A DNA stretch of 63,717 bases, filler included, from Reticulomyxa filosa (taxonomy: Eukaryota; Protista; Foraminifera): NCBI GenBank assembly GCA_000512085.1. It is 20 parts of 20 records of this genome, joined end to end, with 100 filler letters (N's around TTAATTAATTAA, not from the genome) between each part and the next. Parts side by side here need not be neighbours in the genome. Positions count along the whole stretch, not along the records: positions 13,226 to 15,217 come from ASPP01024872.1; positions 15,318 to 16,614 come from ASPP01021185.1; positions 16,715 to 30,910 come from ASPP01007662.1; 17 more parts are not named here. The stretch is one strand, 5' to 3'. Position 1 is the stretch's first letter; the number at the start of each line of letters is the position of its first letter. The translations under genes were made by a program, and so were the position numbers. Shown here one piece after another: positions 13,273-27,900 of the stretch. Under the pieces are notes generated by a model, which was not told the origin of the DNA, ran no database searches, and was given only the letters and a program-made list of their open reading frames with translations.

Positions 13273-14244
13273 TTTGCTTTAACAAATTTTCCTTAATGTA
13301 TTTTAGTACATTATCACTTTCTTGTGCTTCAACAAAAATTTCTGTTTTAAATATTTGATCAAAATCTCTTACTTCGCGTGATAACTCAAATGATCTTTCG
13401 ATATTTGAGTTTTTAAATCATTTTATTTTTTTGGAAAATGATTAAATGAGTTGATAATTTTAACAAAATGACTCATGTTGAGCTGTTGTGTCATTGCTTG
13501 AATTTACTCAAAGTTGAAAAAAAATTAGTGTAAGCCATGAATCTGTGCGCAAATTGAAGCTGTTGTTAAAGGCTGAAAGCTTATTAAGAAGAAACCAAGA
13601 AAATTGCTTTCGTTAAAAGTACAATATCGAATTTCGTGTTATCTTGCTTTATAGTGTTATGAACTTAAAATTGATGTTGTGTCAATAAATATATTTACAA
13701 AGAAATTCTATGTTATAAAATGATCAAAAGCATTTCTTGATGTTTATGATATAATTAATAACTGATATTTCAGCAAGATAATGCAAAGCAATTACAGTAA
13801 AAGAATAGTTTGAGCAAAATACTATAAAAGTATTTGATTTCAATCTAAATTCTCAATATCTGAATACAATCGAAAATCTGTTGTTGATAGTGGAAACAAA
13901 ATATACAAAAATGGACTATTCAGATCAAAAGAAAAACTTTGGAAATAAGTTGAATTAGAATGTGAAATGTCTTATTTTCAGAAAAAAGAGGTAATTACGA
14001 AAAGCGGTAAATTACAATGCCTTTTTTTTTGAAATGAGAAACTAAGGAAACAAATAGATTAAGAGCGTATGAAAGATAAAGCATGTCGTTACAAATAACA
14101 ATATATCATGTGCACTTTTTTTTTCATTTCTTGAAATGCAAATAATCGAAACAATTGCAAATAAAAAAAAAAGAGAGTTTACATTTCCAAGCTCGATTGA
14201 TTATTCCTGCGCCAAGCAAGCCAACGAGCACCTAGGGTCAGTGC

Positions 14245-15140
14245 CTACGACTTGGACTTGTTCTTTTTGACATTGGATTGTCGCTGTACAAATTTCTTAG
14301 GTTTCTTCTTATTTATTTGTTTGTTTTTGGCATGGTCTGATTGATCTTCTTCAGTGGTTTCCGATGTCTCTTCATCTTCATCTTCATCCTCATCTTTATC
14401 CTCATTTTCATCCTCATTTTCATCCTCATCTTCATCCTCATCCTCATCCTCATCCTCATCTTCTTCAGTAGTATCCGATTCGTCTTCATCTTTTTCAGTA
14501 TTGCCTGGTTCACGTTCTTCATTATTATCTGATTCATCTTCTTTACTTTCTCCTAATTCCATATATGTATATATGTTTGATAAGAAAAAAGCAATATCTC
14601 TTATAGGTAACAAAAAAATGAATGAATGAATGAAAGTGCTACCTTTGAGATCACCGTTTTCCTTTTTAATAACAGAAGAATCTGTCTCAAAGTCCACATC
14701 ACTCTCTTCGGAAATCTTTTTTGTATAGTAATCTTTCATGCTTTTAAGAAACCTGTTAAGTGGAGGAAGAGGTTTGACATTGTCTTTTTTGCTTTTGTTA
14801 TCGTTGTTGTCTTTTACATTCTCGTTCCAGACATATGTATCCTTGAATCCCCCTAATTTATTCCTAACAAATCTTTCGACTCGATTTTTGACGCAGTCCC
14901 ACGATGTCGTCACGAAGCGCAAATCCAAGTGATGTCGCTCATACAATTCCTCACTTTTTTCAATGATTTGATTCATCGTTAGACCCTTTTTTTGGTTTTT
15001 ATTTTCGTAGAAGCAATGCTCCACAAGTTCGTCTGCGATCATTTCCGATCTGTCGATCTTTGCTGTATTCTGCGTCCCCGACACAACATCGAAAAAGAAT
15101 AGATCTTCGATATTTTGTTTTTGTTTCGGTCCTTTTATTT
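14245..15140 (-). CDS. Hypothetical protein with an acidic (ED)n tract and a basic tail, probably nuclear
   Basis: A long ORF with a globular-looking segment, then EDEDEDED repeats and a KKPKK tail. It probably contains an intron near 14560-14640. Confidence 0.55.
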
Positions 15141-15499
15141 TAAATAATAATTCATATAAAACAAAACAAAACAAAAAAAAAAAAGTGACTCTAAATTTAA
15201 TTTTTTTTTTTTTTTTTNNNNNNNNNNNNNNNNNNNNNNNNNNNNNNNNNNNNNNNNNNNNTTAATTAATTAANNNNNNNNNNNNNNNNNNNNNNNNNNN
15301 NNNNNNNNNNNNNNNNNTTTTTTTTAGCTTTCCAAGTTCTAGAAAAGTGGGTTTTTGGTGTATCTTTTGAAATCTCAACTGTATCGAGTAAAACTTTATT
15401 ACATGAATGATGACTACAAAGAAAAATTTTATGATAATCACCGTAACATGTTTTTTGGAAAAGCTTTATAACAAATTTTTTCAAAAGACAATCTTAATA

Positions 15500-16545
<1,046 letters not shown>

Positions 16546-17748
16546 CATTTTTTATTTTTATCTTTCAACTAAAATGATCGAAAAGTGCAAATAGACTTTT
16601 TTTTGTGAAGAATCNNNNNNNNNNNNNNNNNNNNNNNNNNNNNNNNNNNNNNNNNNNNTTAATTAATTAANNNNNNNNNNNNNNNNNNNNNNNNNNNNNN
16701 NNNNNNNNNNNNNNGGTTTTTAAAAACCCGGAATTCAAACCCTTTCGGTTCCAACGCTATGACTTGATCAAAATTTTAGAAGAAATTCCCAAAACGTTGT
16801 CTGACGAAGAGTGGTTTTGGAAATGTACTGTGAATCCTCAAGTTGATTTTGAAATTTTTTCTCTCTTTTTTTTCCTCGAATAATGCTATATTTGTATCCA
16901 AAAAAAATGTATCTTAGAACTCCGAAAATCCTCTGCATTTGGTGTTTAAGTATCTATTTCGAACAAATCCAATTGAACCCTTAAAGCCTTTGCTGAAAAT
17001 ACTACCAAAATCGGTGTTTGTTGCTTTCGTAAATCAGAAAAATCGAGTTTTGGAATGAAAAATACTGTTTTTTATTCTTATTTTGTGTTCATTATTGAAT
17101 ATATACAAATATCTTATTTTTTATTTTGGTGAATAGGAGGGTAGGACACCTTTGGCTTTGGAAAAGGAAAAAAATATAACAATACTGGAGGATCACCTCA
17201 AAAATATCGAAAAAGCTTGATCAGCGCATGTTTTTATGTTTGCACTATTAAAAAATATTAGTACTGACATTGACAGTCTCAGGCGTTGTGTTTTACTATC
17301 TCAACAAAGTGGTAGACAGTTAATTGAATAATGCTGCCTACCATCTTGTTAGTGAATGAAATAGATTAAACATGTTACCCTTTGTTTACATTATGCTGAT
17401 ACCAAAGTAAAACAAAATGAGAATTCTGTAGTTGAAATCTGTGTCTTCTTAATTCCGTTAATCCTTAGGCAACATTAAAAAAGAACAAAAGGTAAATACT
17501 ATTGGCAAGTAAGGCTCAAATTTGATATGAAAATTTTTGTCCCACGAATTAAATTTCAAGTTAGTTAAAAAGGCTATACAGTCGAGTATATTCTAACTTG
17601 TCAGTAATCTTTGCATAATTGAAAAATAGAGTGCTTATAGTCTCTAAACAGAAACACAAAAGAATTGGGCAGATTGGAGAGCATGTAATAAAAAAACTCA
17701 TTAACATTTGAGAATATCTTTGTTCGTCAATTTACATTCATGAATCAA

Positions 17749-18348
17749 TCACTGTTTGCAGAACTCTTGAATTTTTTTTTCCAAAGCAACAGGATTTGCA
17801 CCCAGCAGAGCAGCCACTGACTTTCCGTTTTTAATAAATTCAAACGTCTATGATTTGTGTTTGAAAAGTCAATTGTGGATGTGCACATAAAATGTCTGTT
17901 TGTCACAAAAGAAAAAACAACTGTGTGTTCTTCATTTGTTTTAATTATGGTCAACTGGTAATGACTGAACACCTCGTTTTAATGCAAAGTCGGCCATTAG
18001 GTCACAGTCCACTTGATAAAATGTCGCCTTCCCTTTGTATTCTTCAGATAGCCGCCAAAACACTGGCGCTATGCTATATGCAACTCATGTAAAGCTTTGA
18101 ATAGTCAAGAAGAAACGAAAAGAAACAATTTAGAACCTTCTGCAAGGCTGACACCACTCTGCTTTGTAGTCAACGACCATCAATTCGTTATTACTTTCTC
18201 TCACTGCAACAACAAAATCAGCTTCAGATATAATTGCCTTTACTGTAAATGTCCTTGCATGGTGCAAGTTTGTATTAGCTTTCAGAGGTGAAGACACAAG
18301 GCTCAATGGTGAGAATGATCTTTTCAAGAAAGGCATTGAAAGGGACAT
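17749..18348 (-). CDS. Thioredoxin (WCQPC) with putative mitochondrial targeting peptide, 3 exons
   Basis: Spliced translation: MSLSMPFLKRSFS...VVDYKAEWCQPCRSIAPVFWRLSEEYKGKATFYQVDCD...GVQSLP|TFEFIKNGKSVAALLGANPVALEKKIQEFCKQ*. The cis-Pro motif SLPTF is restored by splicing. Confidence 0.88.
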
Positions 18349-18559
18349 TGCTTAGTTTGAGCAAGGCTTTGCAGGTGTACTTTGGCCTTGTAAACTGATA
18401 GTTTTTTCAGTACGTATTGAAGAAGTAACAATTACGAATAGAAGAAAAACAGACGTGCGTAGCATAGGACAGTACAAAGGTTTTCTTAAAAAAAACTGTT
18501 GAATTTTTGAACAACTCCGAATTTGATTTCAGTCTGTGCTGATCTTTTAACAAAATAAA

Positions 18560-21500
18560 ATGTGGATAAAACAAATAGTGATGGATGGCTTCAAGTCCTA
18601 TGCCACACGGACGGTGATTCCTGGTTGGGATCCGCATTTCAACGCCATTACAGGACTGAACGGTAGCGGCAAGTCAAATATTTTGGATGCAATTTGCTTC
18701 GTGTTGGGAATACAAACTTTGTCTCAGGTCAGGGTCCAGAATTTGCAGCAATTGGTGTATAAAGAAGGTCAAGCGCGTGTTACAAAAGCTTCAGTATCTT
18801 TGATATTCGACAACACTAACAAAGAACAATCTCCGATTGGTTATGAAGAATATAGTGAAATAACAGGTCACTTGTATTCTATGATAAAAAAACGCCACAT
18901 GGATTTGTTTAAATTTGTCTTTCGTGTTACTATTTATTTGTTTTGTTTTTGTTTTTCCTTCTTTATTTCGGGGTTGGTCCTCTCGTTTTTGCACCAGAAA
19001 CAAAATGAGAAAACACTCACTCAACAAAAAAAAACAGTGACTCGACAAGTTGTAATTGGTGGACACAATAAATATATGATCAACGGACAAACTGCTACCT
19101 ACGGGCGTGTGAAAGATCTGTTCCATTCAGTGCAATTAGACGTAAATAATCCACACTTTCTAATTATGCAAGGGCGTATTACAAAAGTGTTGAACATGAA
19201 ACCAGTAGAGATTTTGGGAATGATCCAGGAAGCTGCAGGAACGAAAATGTACGAAGTAAAAAAAGCTGACGCTTTGAAAACAATGGAAAAAAAGCAAGTG
19301 AAAGTGGATGAAATTAACAACATTTTGGAAACAGAAATCACTCCACAACTAGGTATGTGTGTATGATTGGTTGGTATATGCATGTTTTTGTTAAGTGTCA
19401 AGAAATTGATTGGGTGACGCAGAGAAGCTACGACATGAAAAATCGCATTATATCAAGTGGACAGAAAACAACAGTGAAATTGAGAGATTGGATCGGCTGA
19501 TTATTGCTCACAAATTTATGTGTGACTCGGAAAATGTTGAAAAGTTTGCACAAGAATTACAACGCAAAGAAGAGCAAGTGGAAGAAATGAAAAGCAGCCA
19601 TGAACATTCAAAAGAGGAAATTGAACGATTGACAAAAGAGCTGTCGATCAAAGAAGAAGATCGAATCCAACAAGAAAATGTCAAGTACAGACATTTAATG
19701 GAGCAATTGAATGATACCAATAAACAACTTAAAATATTCGAGCAGCAGTTTAAGAATGAAAATGACAATCTTGTGAGAGTTACAAAAGAAATCAAAAATT
19801 TGGAAAACAATGTGATAAAACAAGAAAAATTGATCAATGACAAACTCTTTGAGGATAAAGAACATGAACAAAAATTTGGCAGCATTCAGCAAAAACATAA
19901 CTATTTGCAGGTATATCCTAAAAAAAAGTAACACGTTTTTTTCCTTTCGTTTTACACTTACGAAATTCTCTTCTCTCGCCTTTAGGAACGCATCCAATCG
20001 TTAGAATCACAGCAGCTGGGAATCGGTATGGATAAAAATAAAAAAGACAGCGGTTCATTGGCCCAACAATTGATGGAAAATCGGCGGCATTTGAGTGAAC
20101 TGTTGTCACAACTGAAGAGTTTAGAAAAACAGATGGCGGACATTGGCAAAGATATTAAAGAAAATGAAAAGTCAAGAAAGCAAAACGCGAAAGATTTTGA
20201 GAAGTTGGAGACAGAATTGCAGCGAAAAAAAGACATGTTAAAACAAAAACAGCAGCAATTGAACGAGCTGAACATCGATACCAATTATTTAAATGGATTA
20301 GAAAGTGATATACGTAACATTACTCAAGAGTTAGAAAGCATTCGTTCACAAATGAATAGTCTGCAACAAGTTGCCCGAAGCTTCGAATTCGAATACACAA
20401 GTCCTCACCGGAATTTTGATGCGTCGCAAGTGAACGGGATGGTTGGAAAATTAATCCGCGTGAAAGACGTGCAATATAGCAAAGCAGTTCAAGTTGCCGC
20501 AGGTGGCATGCTCTACCAGGTTGTAGTTGATAATCATGACTGCGGGAAGCAACTCCTAGAACGAGGACAGCTGAGAAAACGTGTGACAATTATTCCATTG
20601 AATAAGATTGAAGCAAGAGTCATTCCACAACAGTTGGTGGAGAAAGCTGGTCGACTTGTTGGGAAAGATAACTGTAGTGTGGCCCTCGAATTGGTTGCTT
20701 ATGAACAAAAAGTGGAGGCTGCAATGAAGTACGTGTTTGGAAACACTTTTGTTTGCACTGACATGAACGCTGCAAAAACTGTTAAGTGAGCAATACGTAA
20801 TCAGGTATTTTGAGATATCTCCACAAATTTGTGCATTGTGGGGGACATCAGGTTGCCTTTGATCCTGAAATTAAAAGGAAATGCGTGACAATGGACGGAG
20901 AGGTGTTCAATCCTAATGGTACATTAACTGGAGGCGCTGATCGCAACGAAGTGACTCCAATACTGCAACAGCTTTCACACTATCAGAAATTAGTTGAAAA
21001 AAGTATTTCTTTGGAACAAATATTGCGGAAAAAAACAGTCCGAACTACAAAAATTTCAGCAACAGTCTGAACATTATCAAAAAGCAACCGAAGAATTGCA
21101 ATTGTTGGAAGAAGAAATAAGATTGATTAAATCCCGAATTAATAACACCGCATTTGCGAGTATTGAAAAAAAAAACAATGAATTAAATCAACAATTGAAC
21201 GAACTCCAGATATCGAAGCAAAGCAAAGAAGCAGAAATCAAGTTGTGTGAAGACAAGTGCAAAGATTTGGAAAAAGATTTAAAGAATTACGAAACTTCAA
21301 AGAGCAATTCCGCTGAAAATGTGAAGCAAGAAATGCAAAAATGCAAAAATGAATGCAAGAAACTGGAGACAGCATTACGAACAAAAAACGATGAAAAAAA
21401 TCGAATTGCACAAGAATTAGAAGACGCTCAGTCCGAGCAAGAAACACTTCGTGGCGCTATCACAGCGGGCAAACAACAGTTACAAACCATTGAACAAAAA

Positions 21501-22674
21501 ATAGAAGAATTAAATAACAATTCAAATCACTTGAACTCAGAAAAAAAAGTTTTGGAAAACGAAATTTCCAAAGAAAAGGACCAACTACTGTCTCGTGACA
21601 ATGAAATCAATGAATTAAAAACAGTACTTAAAAAACATGTCAAGCAACGCAACAAAACGGAGTTAGAAATTGTCCGTGCGGAAAATGATTTAAAGATGTT
21701 CAAAAACAATATGCGGACAACAGAAACACGTATTAACAAACTATTGTCCGAATATGAATGGATTAGTCGAGACCGCAACGAATTTGGCAAAGAAAACACG
21801 CCCTATGATTTCACGAAAAACAACCCGTCGCAGGCTGAAGAACGTTTGAAATTGTTGAGACAGGAGCAATCGCAATTAAAAAATAAAATTAATCACAAAG
21901 TTACCTTTGTATTTCTTTTTTGTTGCTTCCTATTTTACTTTTTAAAAACTAAAATTCGATCAGGTAATGAGTATGTTCGAGAGAGCAGAAAGCGAGTACA
22001 GAGATTTGATTCGAAAGAGAGAAATTGTGCGCAAAGACAAACACAACATCGAAGGCGTAATTGATGAGTTGGACAAAAAAAAAGAAGAAACATTAACAGC
22101 GACATGGCGTAAAGTGAACGAATATTTCAACAACATTTTCAGCAAGGTGTTACCTGGCAGCAAATGTAGACTAATGCCAGTAGATGAACGGGGTGATGAA
22201 AACAGTGAACCAAATAAAGAACGTAGCTTCAACATTTTGAAAGGGTTAGAAGTCAAAGTCGCTTTTGGTGGGTAGCCCTTTGTTTCATTTCAGAAATTCT
22301 TTGTGATCTTTTTAATAAATAGCATATATGATGCATTTGATGGTATAATCTAACATATAGGAGATGTGTGGAAGGAGTCACTGAGTGAATTGAGTGGAGG
22401 TCAAAGATCGTTGCTGGCCTTGTCTTTGATACTGTCTTTGTTATTGTTTAAGCCTGCTCCAATGTACATACTGGATGAAATTGATGCTGCATTGGATTTG
22501 TCGCATACACAGAATATAGGACTGATGTTGCGGACCTATTTCTCAAAGTCACAGTTCATTGTGGTATCGTTAAAAGAAGGAATGTTTCAAAATGCAAATG
22601 TCATATTCCGAACCAAATTCGTGGACGGTGTTTCTACTGTGAAAATGTTGCAAGGCGGTGTTGAACATGATTAA
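18560..22674 (+). CDS. SMC2: Condensin subunit SMC2 (multi-exon; one apparent +1 homopolymer frameshift at about 21029-21035)
   Basis: Head [14 protein letters not shown]...[44 protein letters not shown], hinge [13 protein letters not shown] / [10 protein letters not shown], signature [15 protein letters not shown], Walker [12 protein letters not shown] and [17 protein letters not shown] introns, e.g. 18867-19037. Confidence 0.97.
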
Positions 22675-23081
22675 CTCCAAAAAAAAATTACAATATGACC
22701 AAACTCTTGTTCTTTATGTGTTCTTGATTGCATATATTTTTTTGTTTCAATTTATTTACTTATCTGCTCATTTAAAACTCGCCTTTGTTGCCATAATTGG
22801 CAAAGGCTTCGTATTTCAAACATCATAAGTAACTGATTAAGGCTATCTCCCCGATATATCTAAATAAGAAAATTAAGAAGAGAGGGGTAGCCTTAATTAT
22901 TTGCAAAGGCATTATGTCGAAGATTGACACACAGTTAGTTTGCAGCAACGCCGGCAGCAAATTAAATAGTAAACCCATCCAAACAAAAGAATCAAAAATC
23001 TTCCAACAAATGAGCACAAAACACAATAAACTTGACAATTGTTGCCAAAAGAACAAATCAAATTAATAATATAGTTGTTAT

Positions 23082-24635
23082 TCATTGATTTAAATACGCC
23101 TTGATCAATGACTCATATTCGAGATTGGCTTTTTCCAACTCAAGGATAGTTTGTCTTAAACGCTCTATTTCCTTGGGATTGGCACTATTGATCGGATTTT
23201 CGTTAGTCTTTTTTTTATTCAATGCAATTTGCTGAAGTTGTTTTGTAAGGTCGATTAAGCCATCCGTACTTGCTTTAATGTCTGTTTCGACTATTGCCTT
23301 TCCAACATCAAAGTTCATGGCATATTTATGCTCGTTCATTTTTTCTTTGCTATAACTAGATGGATCAATCAACAATTCGACTCCATTCATTTTTAATATA
23401 TCGTAGACTCGTTCCATTGCTTCACGGCAATGTATTTCTTTATTTTGTTTTCATTATTTATTTGCAGTTTTGCGTTGTTACAAAGATCAATAAAAAAAAC
23501 AGACACAAATTGCTCACCCAGAGATTGTAAAGAGTTTCTCAATTCATTGTTTTCTTGCAGCAAAAGCGAGCTATTTGTTTGCAAGTTTGCATTTTGGGAT
23601 TGCAGCAAATTGCACTTTTCCAGAGTTTGTTTGAGTTCATCACGTGTTTGTTGTTGCTCCAAAGCAGTCATTGGCCGATTTTCAATGCGACTATTTTTTC
23701 TGTCAATTTGATTGGTACTGAAAATAGAATTGCTAGCCAATTTCGTTTCGTTCTCGATCCCATTTCCACTATTTAAAACTTTTATTCCAAGCCCTTTTTC
23801 CCCATTTTTTTTTTCTCGATTACTCAGCAACGAGGTTACTTTTTCTTGTAACGATCTCTTTTCCATCTCTAATTTTCGCAGTTCATGTTCCATTTGCTTA
23901 TCTCGATACTTCAAATGATCGTAGTTCTTGCTAATCGTTTTCAACTGCTCTTTCAATTTGTTTATTTCTTCTTTCGTTCTCATTTCAATTTCTTGGTTTC
24001 TAATATTATTCATTTTGTTTTGTTTTTTTGATACAAAGACGTTTTAATAAATTTAAAAATATTTATTTTGATGTTTTTGTTTTTTCGGGGTTTTTTTTGA
24101 TGAGTAAGCTTTGTTCAGGTGCATACCGCATTTGAGTTAAGTGCAAATCCGTTTCCAATTTTTTTTTATTGCATTCATAACTTTTTAGTTTCATTTCAGA
24201 TTCGTTTGCATTCCTTTTTAGCCTTTCAATCGATTCTCGTGTTTGGGTTAACAGAGATAAAAACATGGTTTTGTTATCTAATAATTGCAATATTACATTG
24301 ACCACGTTTACTTTATCCTCCGTTTTTTGAAAATTCCAATTGATTTCGACTAGCCTCCCTGTTACCTCCTGCTGAGACAAGATACGGTTGATATAACTCC
24401 CATAATCCAGGTAGTCATATGCATTTGCTTTCTTCTCATTGCTATTATTATTGCTATTGTTGAATTGGTTGTTGTTCTCGTCGGATAAGACATCCATAGG
24501 AGCCACAGAAAATGGTGCCTCGTTCAATGAATTCTTTGCGTTTTTTGGCATTGGCGTCTCAAAGCGAGAAAAATTGCTTTCGTCGAGTAACACTGACTGT
24601 AGATCATTTTCATGAAATCCTAAAATACTTGCCAT
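23082..24635 (-). CDS. ADIP/SSX2IP (Msd1)-like centrosomal coiled-coil protein
   Basis: YINRILSQQ...VNVVNVILQLL followed by coiled coil and RDKQMEHELRKLEMEKRSLQEKV resemble the afadin/alpha-actinin-binding (ADIP) family. At least three exons. The family call is by recalled similarity. Confidence 0.55.
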
Positions 24636-24929
24636 GTTTTTCTACGGATTCTTAAGAATTATGAAAAGGGCAAAGTTTTGTATTGTTCATATTTACTTTC
24701 GCCACTGTTGCATTTTTTATTATAACCACTTTGCCTACTGAATCAAACATGAGTTTTATGAAACGTTTTATCCATGTTTTAGTGCAATAAAAAGAAAATA
24801 CCTTAAAACGCAAGCGCGGTGTATAACTGTTTTGTGTGCAAGTTTTGCACAAGTTAAAGGAGAAGGGGCAAACTTCATGAAGAACAAGGAGTGCCAGTTG
24901 CATTCCATTGTCGGAAATAAAGAAAACAA

Positions 24930-27900
24930 ATGTCATCAAACTCCAATCTCTCAGTTTATATTTAGCTTTCTCTTTCATGTGTACTTTTGGTTGTAAAACG
25001 TTGTTATCTTGTTCTTGTTTTGGCTCCAATGGGACGTGTGAACGGTTCCAATGACGAATAGAGTGAAGCGCAGCAAGAACTGTTGGCATTGTCAGATTCT
25101 GACCAAAGTTATTTAAACTCTAAAATATAATTTGGAATGAAATTTTAATTTTAAAACATGAGTTGTGGAACGTTTCTATTGTGCAACGAAACACACATAG
25201 ACACCACAAAAAAAAATATATGAGCATATATGTATGCAAACAATTACAATAACACAGACGAATTCAAGAGAAGGACAGCAGAACTATTAAAAAAAGTATC
25301 GAGTGATAGTTTGTTTTGGATTGGTATATTATTATATGTTTAAATATATTGTGATATTGTGTAAAAAAAAGCGATGGAAAGATCTGAGCGAAATGGAATC
25401 GGATTGGAAGACAATAAATAATGCAAATGATCTAACAAGAGAGGAATACGAAAAGAGTAAAAACTGTGATGTGAAGAGGTTTATGGAAATATTGGGTGGC
25501 CTATTCAACGCGTCTGTGGGAGAAAAAATCTTTGCATGCATTGACAAAGAGAATGAGGGTCGAATATCAATAGCAACATTTCGTCAATTTCTCGAACAAA
25601 AGAGCTCAAACGACTTGGAGGCTGTGGTAACTTTTAAACACGCATCTATCTATAAATAAACACACTGCACGAACTGACCCTCGGCAAAACGCTTAAAAAA
25701 AGGGGTCTTTGTGAGGAGAGCACCAGCCAATGTGTCTCACTACGAAAAAAAAGATTTGTTTTGTTCGGAAGACAGAAAGGAATTAAAATAAAACACATAC
25801 ACACAAAAAGAATGAGGAATGGTTGTTGAAAAAATTGCAAGAAATCGAATTGAATGGCTTGGATGGCGACATTGATAAAAAAGTCGAGAAATCAGATGTG
25901 ACACTGCTTTTTGTAAAATGTGGTCAGTACATTACCATAGCAAGGAGGGAAGAAGATGAATAGAGGAATGACACACACACACGTATATATAAAATTAATA
26001 TTAGCTCTCACGCATACATGCTTGAAGAAACAAATAACAATCACAAAACAGGTGTAAGTGAACAAATCGCAGAAAGCGTGTTCAATGAAATCGATACAAA
26101 TGACAAGGGATTCATAACTGCCTTTGATTTCAATTCGTGGAAAAGTAAATGTAACGTGGTAGACATTGCAAGTATTGTTGCAAAAGCAGTTTTTGTGTAT
26201 CGAAGATTCACAAACAAAACAATATATCCACGCATATATGTATTTATGTATATATTTTTTAATGAATAAATATTACTATATGCATGTATATATATGTAAA
26301 CACAAAATTGGAACGAAACAAGAAAATAAAAGAAAAGAGATTGAAGGTGGAATCTTATCATGAAAGACAAAGCACAGATGTGAAAAGGATGCAATATGCA
26401 TTAGCAGATGAACGATACGAACGAATTCAAATGGAAGAGGAAAAGAAAAAATTGGAATACCAATTGGCGGATGCAACATTAGAGAAACTGCAAAAACTGA
26501 TGAAACCAAACAATTGCAATATGAGTTGGCCGAAGAGAGACTCGGAAGATTGCAAAAAGAGAACAAGCCAAAATGTTGCAATACCAATTGGCTGAGGAAA
26601 GACTGACCAAATTTGACCAGGATTTGCAAACTAGACGTGTTCAATACGAATTAGCTGATGAAAAGTTGCAACGAATGCAACTTGCTGCAGAACGAGATAA
26701 GGTGCGTGTGCACATATATGTATAGGTGCATATTTGTATAGTATATTTTGTATTGCGTGTTTGGGTCCACGATAATGACAACTGTGATGTGTGTGTGTGT
26801 GAGTAAACCCACCAGTTAAAAAACGAATTGGAACAGTTGCAGCACGAACTGAAAGCTGAAAACATGGAAAGCGTACGCAAATCCAATGATGATGCATCCT
26901 CAAATCAGCAAGAAGTCGGTACCTTGAAAGATGAACTTAAACTAGCACAATACCAATTGGCGGATGAGAAAATGCAACTTATTCATTTGCAGAGAAAGCA
27001 TTCCCAAGTTTTTAAAAAAATTATCTCTAAAATTATTAATTGCTATTATTTGTTTTTATCTAAAAAAAAAAAAAAGTTAGAAGATGATTCAAAGAAAATA
27101 CGATATGATCTGGCCGAAGAAAAAATGGAAAAAATAGAATTGGTAAGACAATTGTCAAGCAAGGAAAATTCACTGATATTGTCGTTACGTGAGCAATTGG
27201 AAAAAGAAAAGAATGCCAACTTGCAATTGGAAAACGAAAAACTAGCTGTTTTGTACATTTCAAAATAAAGCAAAGCATCGCGAGTGAGCACTTTGTTTTG
27301 TTTGTGTTGTCTTGCATAGTTAAAAAATGAGGTGGAACACTTAAGCTATCAATTGGAAGAAAGCAAACAGAAACTACTGGAAATTGAGAGATACAACTCT
27401 TTCATCACCGACGAAAAAAAAAAATTAGAATTCCAATTGGCAGGTGAACGCATGGAGAAATTAGTCCTTGTCAAACAATTGTCTAAACCACTGAAAGTTC
27501 TTTTTCTTGCTTCCTTATTCGCAACATACAGCTCACGGTGGTACATTTCCTTTTGTTATCAAATGTAATCCAAAACAACCTTTTCTTTGCTTTGAACCAT
27601 AAGGAAGCAGACGAAGTGGAAAAGTTAAATAATGAGTTGGAAGGAGAGCGGAACAAGAGAAAAGAGATGGAAGAAACAACACATCGTCTGCAGCGTCGAG
27701 CATCCCAAATGGGAATTGATTTGATCCAAGAAAATGCATCTTCCTCGCAGTTTGAATTAGATCCCTTTCGGTTACAACAACAATTGGCGGATGAAAAAAA
27801 TCATCGAATGCAAATTGAAATTGAAAAAGATAAAGTTATTCGTTTATTTCATATAATATTTTTCTCCTTTCTCTCTTTGAAAACACGAAAAGTGAATGGT

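Noticed and set aside
14313-14629. ORFs rich in MRMRMK, IFILIF or poly-S
   Set aside because: Alternative-frame and antisense readings of the (GAK)n acidic repeat.
16715-16762. Palindrome GGTTTTTAAAAACC at a contig start; possible transposon end
   Set aside because: Single copy in the window, with no partner repeat or target duplication.
24652-25089. 145-aa minus-strand ORF
   Set aside because: It overlaps the first exons and promoter of the plus-strand gene and has no motif; probably a shadow ORF.
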